From Promethearchaeota archaeon (GTDB lineage: Archaea > Asgardarchaeota > Lokiarchaeia > Sigyniarchaeales > SOKP01): a stretch of 17,139 bases of DNA. Below are positions 8,245 through 16,183 of the stretch, in pieces. A program made the translations under genes and the position numbers. The notes beneath the pieces were generated by a model, which saw only the letters and a program-made list of their open reading frames with translations, made no database searches and had not been told where the DNA came from. How positions within the stretch are numbered: the stretch's first letter is position 1; each line of letters begins with the position of its first letter. Location of the stretch: assembly GCA_018238625.1 (NCBI GenBank), contig JABCSY010000089.1, positions 1 to 17,139 of the forward strand. Direction: 5' to 3'.

Positions 8245-8442
8245 TTACACATTTTTTAAATTATCCTTTATCTTTTTATAAAGCTCTTTAAGCCCTGAAT
8301 CATCTATAAATTGCTCCAACTTAGTTTTTGGTGGTGATATTTTTGGTGATATTTGTTCAGTTATACTTAATTCTGTTCCACAATATTCACAAATCCGCTG
8401 ATTAGGGTCAGAATATTCTGTATTACAATCTGGACATTTCAT
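8245..8442 (-). CDS. Small zinc-ribbon protein
   Basis: CPDC-x11-CEYCG at the N-terminus, a Pro-rich linker (ISPKISPP) and an amphipathic C-terminal helix. Confidence 0.7.
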   Translation of the reverse strand: MKCPDCNTEYSDPNQRICEYCGTELSITEQISPKISPPKTKLEQFIDDSGLKELYKKIKDNLKNV

Positions 8443-8635
8443 TTTAAAGCTATCTCGAAATCTAGTATGTGAATAGTTCTTATTATAGAAATATATTGAT
8501 AAAATAAAAATAATATTGTTTAGAAAATCTATAAAGTATTCTCATTGTTGAATTAAGATAATTAATAAAAATATTCAACATTATACTAAATTTGAATTTT
8601 TAATTGAAAAATGAGTAAATAATATGGTTATAGAG

Positions 8636-9349
8636 TCATATTTCTGGTTTTTTCTCTTCTAAAGATTTTTTAGAGAACAATCTCTTCTTTAGTGTTACCA
8701 TCGCTGTATCTTCGTCGTATTCTAGCACACCAATCTTAGCTAATTCATGAACGGCTCTCAAAACCATAGCACCGGCAATCCCGGTGGTATTCTTGATTTG
8801 CTCACGCGACATTTTCTCTTTGTCACCGTGGAGCGTTAATAAGATTCTGTAGTGGGGTTGACCGGACCATATTTCTTCAATGAGTAACATCGTAATTGAT
8901 AGTAAAGCTTTGATTCTTCCAAAATCGAATTCCGCATCTTGACTTTCTTCTGCTATTTTCGCAAATTTTTTCAATTCTACTTTTAGACTTGCGTATTCTT
9001 TTAGCAATCTATGTTGTTCTTCCGATAATGAACCTATTTTCTGATCTCTTTCTTGTTTTTCTTTTTCAAGCTGTTGAGTTGCTTCTTCCAGTTTTTTCTT
9101 TTCACTTTCTAAGTTAGTTTTTTCGAATTCTAATTGTTTTTTATCGCCCTCTAGCATTTTCGTAGCCGCTTCTAATTGATCCTTTTCTCCTTCAAGCAAT
9201 TTTTTTTCCCGGCTAAGCTCTTCTTTATCCTTTTCTAAAACAATTAGCTCGTTTTTGGCAGTTTCTAAAACTTCTATAAATTTTTGGAAATTTTCGGAAA
9301 CAGAGCGAAGAGTGCCATCAATTATATCTAAGGTTTTTTTTTCTGACAT
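8636..9349 (-). CDS. Coiled-coil (leucine zipper) protein with C-terminal winged-helix-like domain
   Basis: Nine consecutive heptads begin with Leu (aa 38-100). The C-terminal RILLTLH...MSREQIKNTTGIAGAMVLRAVHELAKIGVLEY fits a wHTH pattern. Confidence 0.8.
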   Translation of the reverse strand: MSEKKTLDIIDGTLRSVSENFQKFIEVLETAKNELIVLEKDKEELSREKKLLEGEKDQLEAATKMLEGDKKQLEFEKTNLESEKKKLEEATQQLEKEKQERDQKIGSLSEEQHRLLKEYASLKVELKKFAKIAEESQDAEFDFGRIKALLSITMLLIEEIWSGQPHYRILLTLHGDKEKMSREQIKNTTGIAGAMVLRAVHELAKIGVLEYDEDTAMVTLKKRLFSKKSLEEKKPEI

Positions 9350-9490
9350 TAGAAATCAATATATGTTTTTTAGTTAATAATTATAAATAAAATTAAAATA
9401 TATATTTTAAACATAGTATAAATTAAAACAATATCAAATTTAATTAACATTTGTATTTCTGAAATTAAATAAAATACTGGGGCTTCTAAT

Positions 9491-11227
9491 ATGATTATTA
9501 TAGACAAGGAGGATGCCCGATTTTTTAAAAGAATAACGATTTTAATCATTTTATTGGTGATCTCCCTTTCCTATTTAGCTTATGATAAATCGATAAGTTA
9601 TTCTAGTTATGAAAGGATCGAATACCAATCTTCTGGAGCTACTCTTTATGCGAATCTATATCACCCCTCAAAAAATTTAGGATTTCAAGAGCAAAGACCT
9701 TTAATTATTTACTGTCATGGAATAGGAAGTCAGCGGGATTTTGATTTGAGAATTCCAATAGAATTCACCAAAAGGGGCTTTTTTGTTGCAGCTTTAGATT
9801 ATCAAGGTCACGGTGAAAGTGGCGGTAATATTATAAATATTGATCCAACTACAGACATCCCTGCCTTAGCTCAAGATTGTTCTAAACTTCTGGATAAACT
9901 CGAAACATTGTCTTTTTATTCAAATGTCAATACTTCTCAGATTGGATTGATAGGCCACTCTTTAGGGGGGATGGTTGTTCTTATGAACCAAGCATTAGAC
10001 CCCCGCTTTAACGTTACGGTTGCTTGGGCTCCTTTAGTAAATTTTGATCCTCAACAATTAGGTATCGTAAATACTAATAATTACGATCCCTATATACCGG
10101 TAAACTTATTGAATAAAACCAACACAAATAATTTATTAATTATAATGCATGTGGATGATGAGGCACTAGATTATACCAATCAAGCACTAGTAGCTCAAAA
10201 TTTAACAGATTGTACGGTTATTCCTATATCGGGATTTTTATTAGGTGGAGGACATCAATTATTTTCCGATATTGTTTTAATCGAAACAATTAATTGGTTC
10301 GAAAATTATTTTTTTAAATCTGAAACTATAAACGGACCAATAAACATTACTTTTCTTGTAAACTACTTTGTCATTTTTATCACTTTATTATTATTAGTTT
10401 TAATCGTTCTTACTTTGATATCTTACACTTCAAAATTTTTAAGGGTTAAGGAAGATATTATACAAAAAAATTCGGTAAAAAAGGATAAATTCATATCAAA
10501 AGTTATAGATAAAGCTAAAATAATAAAGCACATTTTGAAAATTATATTTTATGTTACAATATTTCTACTTAATTGGGAGTTTTTTGAAAGAGTGTTCGGT
10601 CTTGCCGGTATTTACTTAGCTTCGCTCAATATATCCATTATTTTCTTTACTGTCAAGTTGATTTATTATCTTGGAGATTTAAAAGAAAAAAGAGAAAAAT
10701 TCGATTTTAATCAATTTAAAAAGTTACTAAAATCTGAATTTCAATGGAAGTATTTAATTTATGCTATTTTAAGCAATTTTTATTTTATAGCAGTATATTT
10801 AATTTTTAGTTTTTCTTACCCTTTTGCTTTTATGTGGCCCTCCAATTTATTTAACAATTTCACAGCTGCTTGGGTCGCATTTCCGATATACTTTTCCTTA
10901 GAAATTTTATATAGAAAAGTTATATATCCGCAGTTGAATTTCCTAAAAACTGAACGAAAAAAATCCCTTTGGATAATAATTATCGCTATTTACATACAAA
11001 TCAATTTAATGGCGTTAACATCTACTTGGGCGTTCTTTCCTTCGGTAATGTTTATGTATCTCGCCTTTTTATATGTAATAATTCAAAATACTTTAATTTA
11101 TGAACATACCAAAAGCTTTAGTACCGTTATATTAAGTTCATTTGATATAATTCAGCTTTTCTTTGCCGTAATAATCTCAAACGCCATAGGACTTGGTACC
11201 GCTTTACATCTATTCGTGAAGATATAA
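9491..11227 (+). CDS. Membrane-anchored alpha/beta hydrolase with C-terminal multi-TM domain
   Basis: N-terminal TM/signal segment, HGIG, DYQGHGES, nucleophile elbow GHSLGG, candidate Asp (HVDDEAL) and His (GGHQLF). About 8 TM helices follow aa ~285. Confidence 0.85.
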   Translation: MIIIDKEDARFFKRITILIILLVISLSYLAYDKSISYSSYERIEYQSSGATLYANLYHPSKNLGFQEQRPLIIYCHGIGSQRDFDLRIPIEFTKRGFFVAALDYQGHGESGGNIINIDPTTDIPALAQDCSKLLDKLETLSFYSNVNTSQIGLIGHSLGGMVVLMNQALDPRFNVTVAWAPLVNFDPQQLGIVNTNNYDPYIPVNLLNKTNTNNLLIIMHVDDEALDYTNQALVAQNLTDCTVIPISGFLLGGGHQLFSDIVLIETINWFENYFFKSETINGPINITFLVNYFVIFITLLLLVLIVLTLISYTSKFLRVKEDIIQKNSVKKDKFISKVIDKAKIIKHILKIIFYVTIFLLNWEFFERVFGLAGIYLASLNISIIFFTVKLIYYLGDLKEKREKFDFNQFKKLLKSEFQWKYLIYAILSNFYFIAVYLIFSFSYPFAFMWPSNLFNNFTAAWVAFPIYFSLEILYRKVIYPQLNFLKTERKKSLWIIIIAIYIQINLMALTSTWAFFPSVMFMYLAFLYVIIQNTLIYEHTKSFSTVILSSFDIIQLFFAVIISNAIGLGTALHLFVKI

Positions 11228-11241
11228 CTTATTATAATACT

Positions 11242-11550
11242 TTATTTTTCTTCCATAACTTCGATATAAAGTTCTTTTAGATACAGTTTTATTTTTTGGA
11301 AATGTTTTTCTCCTTTCTTAGTAATTGAATAATATTTGCGAATTTTTCCATTAATATTTTGTTCATTGACATTCAAATAACCAGAATTAGTTAAACTAGC
11401 TAACCATGGGTATAATGTTCCGTCAGAAATATCATAACCGTGTTTCTTCAATTCTTCTTTAAGCCAAGCTCCATATATGGCTTCTTTTTTAGCATGATAT
11501 AGAATATGGACGATTATCGCTCCTTTCTTAAATTTTGACAAGGGATTCAT
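11242..11550 (-). CDS. PadR-family transcriptional regulator
   Basis: HILYHAKKEAIYGAWLKEELKKHGY, ISDGTLYPWL and RKYYSITKKG. Confidence 0.92.
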   Translation of the reverse strand: MNPLSKFKKGAIIVHILYHAKKEAIYGAWLKEELKKHGYDISDGTLYPWLASLTNSGYLNVNEQNINGKIRKYYSITKKGEKHFQKIKLYLKELYIEVMEEK

Positions 11551-11704
11551 ATTAATTTGATTACTCTATATTTTTTCTTATTTGTTTAGTAAAATAACTG
11601 AATTAAAACTTTGATACATTTAATATTAAAAGTAAACTGAAATATTAATTTTTGGTTAATTTAATTAATGTGTTTAAAATCTAAAAGATAGAAATTTCGC
11701 AATA

Positions 11705-11760
11705 TTTATATACCTCTCATACATTAATATTATCCATAATCGATATCGAAATTCGATATC
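11705..11760 (+). promoter_or_regulatory. MFS promoter TATA box and candidate PadR operator
   Basis: TTTATATA at 11705-11712 and a perfect inverted repeat GATATCGAA-a-TTCGATATC at 11742-11760. Confidence 0.65.
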
Positions 11761-11804
11761 AAAACTTAATTTAAATAACTTCAAATTCTAATAAAAATTT
11801 TGAT

Positions 11805-13082
11805 TTGATTATGAGCAAAGAAGAAAAAAAACCTACAAATGACCAAACAACTAGTAAATCTAGTAAATCTATAAAAAGACAAAGAATGATATTTGGAGTT
11901 TCAATTCCAGTATTTTTGATGGGATTAGTATCATTATTTACAGATATTTCTAGCGAAAGCATTCAAAGCATATTACCTTTGTTTATATTTGAGATTGGAG
12001 GAAGCGTGCTCATTTTAGGGCTAATCTCAGGAATCACAAATGCTATTGCGAATATATTGAAGGGAATTACTGGTTGGATGAGCGATAAAATAAACAAAAG
12101 AAAACCCTTTATTGTAGCTGGATATTCCTTATCGAACCTTTCAAAACCATTAATAGGTTTGAGTTCTTCATGGGAAATGGTCTTAGGGTTAAAAGCGACA
12201 GATCGAGTGGGCAAAGGATTGAGAACATCTTCGAGAGATGCTCTTATTTCTTTCTACGCTACTAAAAAAGGAAAGGCATTTGGATTGCATCGTGCTATGG
12301 ATACCTTAGGAGCGGTCCTTGGCTCATTGCTTGCGTTTTTGTTGCTATTTTACGCTTGGAGCTATTCACAAATAATATTTTTCTCAATAATTCCTGGATT
12401 TATAGCAATTGCCCTGCTTATTCCAGTTAAAGACGTTTCTCCAGAGGAGATAGATAAAAAACTTGGAAAAAAAATTAGAAAGGAAACGAGCAAAAAGATC
12501 GATAAAAATTTCATAAAATTAATCGTTATTCTTGGAGTTATTGAATTTGCCAGCTTAGATGTTGTATTTTTAATAGTTAGAGCAGCAGACTATATTCCTT
12601 CCAATTTAATTTACCTAATACCCGTTTTTTATCTTATATTGAACGTAGTTTACACGATTTTTTCTCCAATAAATGGTTCTCTGTCCGATAAAATTGGCCG
12701 AAAACCGATAATCGTGATAGGATTATCGATATTACTACTATCTTGCGTTATTTTAGCTTTTCCTATTGAAGTCTCTCTTTTTTCAATAGTTTTAATTGTT
12801 GTAATTTACATCATGCACGGTTTTTACCTAGCCTCTGTGGATCCAATCTCAAGAGCATATATTGCTGACCTAGCAGGTAAAGAAAAAAGAGGACGAGCTT
12901 ATGGGTATTACTATTTATCGGTCGGATTTATAAGTATGGTGGAAGCTTTAGTTTTTGGATACATATATAGTGTGTTTTCGTATACTTGGGCGTTTATTTA
13001 TATTTCAATTTTATTAGCTGTATGTATTATTATTTTTACGATCACTGACTTTTCTAAAATCATAAAAAAAAGTGAAGCCTAA
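11805..13082 (+). CDS. MFS transporter
   Basis: About 12 TM helices. MFS motif A occurs twice (GWMSDKINKRK, GSLSDKIGRK), with DRVGKGLRT and GKAFGLHRAMDTLGA. The start may be ATG 11811. Confidence 0.92.
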   Translation: MIMSKEEKKPTNDQTTSKSSKSIKRQRMIFGVSIPVFLMGLVSLFTDISSESIQSILPLFIFEIGGSVLILGLISGITNAIANILKGITGWMSDKINKRKPFIVAGYSLSNLSKPLIGLSSSWEMVLGLKATDRVGKGLRTSSRDALISFYATKKGKAFGLHRAMDTLGAVLGSLLAFLLLFYAWSYSQIIFFSIIPGFIAIALLIPVKDVSPEEIDKKLGKKIRKETSKKIDKNFIKLIVILGVIEFASLDVVFLIVRAADYIPSNLIYLIPVFYLILNVVYTIFSPINGSLSDKIGRKPIIVIGLSILLLSCVILAFPIEVSLFSIVLIVVIYIMHGFYLASVDPISRAYIADLAGKEKRGRAYGYYYLSVGFISMVEALVFGYIYSVFSYTWAFIYISILLAVCIIIFTITDFSKIIKKSEA

Positions 13083-13107
13083 GAAATTGTCGAGTTTTTA
13101 AATAGAA

Positions 13108-14364
13108 TTAAGAATCAGCCCATAATTGCCCTAAATAAATAATAACTTCTGTAGCTTTCTGTAACGCTAAAGTGGGAATGTGCTCTTTTCTAGAATGAAA
13201 TAAGAGACCCCCAGAAAAAATATTTGGTGTCGGAATTCCCATTTCGCTTAGTTTAGAACCATCGGTTCCGCCTCTAATAGCTTCAATTTTTACCTCGATA
13301 TCTGCCATTTCTATAGCTTCTTTTGCTAAGTCAACGACTATCATCTCATTTTCAATAAATTTTAACATATTCGGGTATTGATGCTCAAATTTTAGCTCAA
13401 TTTTTAAGCCCGGATATCGAAATTCATAGATCTCTTTCATTTTTTGAAGGAATTCCATCCTTTTTTTATTATTTTTTTCATCATAATCTCTGATTATTAT
13501 TTTGGTTTTCGCTTCTTCTTCTGTTCCTTTCAAGTCTCCTATATGGTAAAAACCTTCTCGTTCTTCTGTGTGTTCTGGTGATTCATATTCAGGAATTTCA
13601 CTAAGAAACCGACATGCTATATGTATTGCGTTTATCATTAGATTTTTAGCGTAGCCTGGATGGACACTAAGCCCTGTAAAAGTTATAGACGCTTTCCATG
13701 CGTCAAAACATTCAAATTCCAATTGTCCCATCTCTGAACCATCCATAGTGTAACAGAATTTGGGTAATCTTTTTTTATCAATTTTTAGCGTTCCTTTTCC
13801 TATTTCCTCGTCTGGCGTAAAACATACAGTAATAGGGCCGTGTTTTAGTTCTGGAAAACTTTTCCAAGCGGTACATGCGGTCATAATTTCTGCGATTCCG
13901 GCTTTATCGTCTGCACCTAATAAGGTATCCCCTTCTGAAGTAATGATATCTAAACCAATATATTCCTTCAAAAATGGAGAATCTTCAACTGTAAGCTCAA
14001 TTTCCTTATTGCTTACGAATTTTATCGCACCGCCATCGTAATTTTTATGGACAACTGGTTTAACGTTTTTCCCGCTCACTGCTGGTGAAGTATCCATATG
14101 GGCTATTAATCCAATTGATTTAGCTTTTTCTAACCCATTACTTGCGGGTAAATCGGCGTAAACATAGCCATACTCGTCAAGTATTATATTTTCTAGATTT
14201 AGCTCCTTCAATTCAGCAACTAATACATTTCCTAAATCAAATTGATTTTTAGACGATGGACTGGTTTGGGAATCTTCGTCAGATGTAGTCCATATTTGAA
14301 CGTATCTAAAAAATCTATCCTTTGCTTCTTTAAGTAAGAATTCTTTTATTTCTTCTGATAACAT
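13108..14364 (-). CDS. pepT: Peptidase T (tripeptide aminopeptidase, M20B)
   Basis: IAHMDTSP, LLGADDKAGIAEIM, FTPDEEIG, VHPGYAK, IRGGTDG and FHSRKE. TTG start. Confidence 0.95.
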   Translation of the reverse strand: MLSEEIKEFLLKEAKDRFFRYVQIWTTSDEDSQTSPSSKNQFDLGNVLVAELKELNLENIILDEYGYVYADLPASNGLEKAKSIGLIAHMDTSPAVSGKNVKPVVHKNYDGGAIKFVSNKEIELTVEDSPFLKEYIGLDIITSEGDTLLGADDKAGIAEIMTACTAWKSFPELKHGPITVCFTPDEEIGKGTLKIDKKRLPKFCYTMDGSEMGQLEFECFDAWKASITFTGLSVHPGYAKNLMINAIHIACRFLSEIPEYESPEHTEEREGFYHIGDLKGTEEEAKTKIIIRDYDEKNNKKRMEFLQKMKEIYEFRYPGLKIELKFEHQYPNMLKFIENEMIVVDLAKEAIEMADIEVKIEAIRGGTDGSKLSEMGIPTPNIFSGGLLFHSRKEHIPTLALQKATEVIIYLGQLWADS

Positions 14365-14427
14365 AATAATCCCATTTATTCAAGTAAGAATAATAGAATA
14401 AGAGTTAAAATATTAAAATTTATTTAA

Positions 14428-15225
14428 TCATTTCCCTTTAAATTTTGGTTCTCGCTTTTCCTTAAATGATTTCATTCCTTCTCCAAAATCGTATGATGCG
14501 ATGTTTTTACAATATAATTTAAATTCGTGTTTTAACGAGGGAAATAACTCGTTATATTGAGAATAGTTAAGCATAGTTTTGTTATATCCTAAGCATTTAG
14601 TGGGTAGTTTGGCTATAGATTGGATAAACTCCTTAGATTTCTTATCAAATTCTGATAATGAAAAGACTTTATTCACTAAACCAATCTCTAACGCTTCCTT
14701 AGCATCAAGTAGACGCCCCGTTAAGATTATATCTGTTGCTCTTGCGAACCCTACTGTTCTCGGAAGAAGCCAACTTGCTCCGCTCATAACGCAATGAGCC
14801 CGATTAACGCGATGATCTCCAATCTTCAGATTATCTGCCGCTAAACGAAAGTCACAGGCGAGCGCTAGTTCGAATCCAGCGCCTAGACAATAACCTTGTA
14901 ATAACGCTATGAAAGGTTTTTGAATTTCTCTTATTAATCTAATAACTTTCTGATGTGGAAGTTTTGACCCGTCAGCTAACGGCTTAAATCTCGGCCCTTC
15001 GGGACCCATGCTCTTTAAATCGTCACCAGAGCTGAAGGATTGCTCATTTCCTTTAATAACAAAAGCACGGATTATTTTGTTTTTAGAATTTAATTCTAAA
15101 ATATCAACGATTTCCATTAACAGGGGATAATTTAAAGCGTTTAATCGTTTCGGCCGATTTAAAGTGATTACTCCGATATTATCCTCGATTTTAAATATTA
15201 TATGCTTGAAATCTTTTTGAATCAT
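14428..15225 (-). CDS. Enoyl-CoA hydratase/isomerase (crotonase) superfamily protein
   Basis: ITLNRPKRLNAL, FSSGDDL, KPFIA...GYCLGAGFELALACDFR and C-terminal FKEKREPKFKGK. Confidence 0.92.
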   Translation of the reverse strand: MIQKDFKHIIFKIEDNIGVITLNRPKRLNALNYPLLMEIVDILELNSKNKIIRAFVIKGNEQSFSSGDDLKSMGPEGPRFKPLADGSKLPHQKVIRLIREIQKPFIALLQGYCLGAGFELALACDFRLAADNLKIGDHRVNRAHCVMSGASWLLPRTVGFARATDIILTGRLLDAKEALEIGLVNKVFSLSEFDKKSKEFIQSIAKLPTKCLGYNKTMLNYSQYNELFPSLKHEFKLYCKNIASYDFGEGMKSFKEKREPKFKGK

Positions 15226-15321
15226 TATAATCGACTTATTAGAATACCATTTAAAATTAAAAATTGTTTCTATTTTTATTATTTAACAATCCTTAAAGAT
15301 TCTCAGAATTTTGAAAACCTT

Positions 15322-15340
15322 AAAAAAAAGAAAAGAAAAA
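15322..15340 (-). terminator. Oligo-T terminator candidate after the ECF gene
   Basis: TTTTTCTTTTCTTTTTTTT on the - strand, about 10 nt after the stop at 15350. Confidence 0.45.
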
Positions 15341-15349
15341 TTTTAAAAA

Positions 15350-16027
15350 TTACCAAACTGAGAATATTTGGTCTATTTTTGCCCCAAACACTATCAAATA
15401 GGGTACTAGTAAATCCCACAAACTTGTTACAGCATTGATAATAATCACTCCAATAATAATCGCAGTCCAACCTGATATACTGGGGAGTCCTATAAATTCC
15501 AAACTCACATATGGTAGAACATGTGCCAATACTGTTATAAATATTAAAAAGTTAGCTATCAACATAACCCCAATTCTTAAAATTACTCCAAATATGCCGT
15601 AAACAACATAATTTCTCGGTTTTTTAATTTTTTGGCTGTTTCTAACTCCCTCCTCATTTCTATATAATTTTAAAAACAATATGGGCACAATTATAAGAGA
15701 TAATGTCGCCGAAAATTTCATTATAGGACCTACTATTGGTAAAGATGTATCAAATGGCATTAAACCAAGTGTCCCAATTAAACAGCAAAGTATTCCCGAT
15801 TTAGCTCCAAATACGAGAAAACACATTACCCATATTATTGATACAGGATCTATAATAGCAATCCCCCATCCAGGAACCCTTGGGACAAATTCTGTTGTAA
15901 ATGCAGAAACTACTAAAGAAAGGGCTCCAAAAAGGGCAGCTCCAGAAATTTGTAAAACAAGTTGAGAAGATTTTGACATAGAAGTTTCTCTTTCTTCAGA
16001 TGTTTGTTCTTCCGTTTTTTCAACCAT
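15350..16027 (-). CDS. ECF transporter substrate-binding (S) component-like membrane protein
   Basis: About 5-6 TM helices. The N-terminal AALFGALS (AxxxA-like) and IDPVSI...FGAKSG patterns are typical of S components. The substrate cannot be assigned. Confidence 0.65.
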   Translation of the reverse strand: MVEKTEEQTSEERETSMSKSSQLVLQISGAALFGALSLVVSAFTTEFVPRVPGWGIAIIDPVSIIWVMCFLVFGAKSGILCCLIGTLGLMPFDTSLPIVGPIMKFSATLSLIIVPILFLKLYRNEEGVRNSQKIKKPRNYVVYGIFGVILRIGVMLIANFLIFITVLAHVLPYVSLEFIGLPSISGWTAIIIGVIIINAVTSLWDLLVPYLIVFGAKIDQIFSVW

Positions 16028-16183
16028 TTTAATTCAATTTATTAAATTATTATTTGTTATGAATTGAAATTTACTTATATTTAAAAGAGTTGTTTAATGA
16101 CTTATTCGCTAAATTTATTGATTGAATTAAAAATTAGATTAATTTTTATTAGCTATTAGTTGTCATTAATGATTTTCAATACA

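Noticed and set aside
8541-8615. Nested short inverted repeats (TGTTGAAT/ATTCAACA, CTCATT/AATGAG) as a possible ncRNA or MITE
   Set aside because: The stems are short and AT-rich, with no target-site duplication or second copy.
1956-14430. TGA stops (HIT, zipper-wHTH, crotonase) as possible selenocysteine readthrough
   Set aside because: Each falls at a plausible natural C-terminus, none aligns with a catalytic Cys, and I saw no SECIS-like structure.
7488-15965. Remaining short ORFs: 7488..7763, 7699..7902, 11771..11962, 11963..12214, 13760..14041, 14579..14797, 15202..15438 and 15681..15965
   Set aside because: All lie antisense to, or overlap, well-supported genes.
16028-16183. Possible second junction before the radical SAM gene, with small palindromes at 16128-16148 and 16163-16172
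   Set aside because: Both flanking genes are intact, and my rough CpG count in the radical SAM gene (~14 per 600 nt) is close to pepT. Protein taxonomy would be needed to reopen this.
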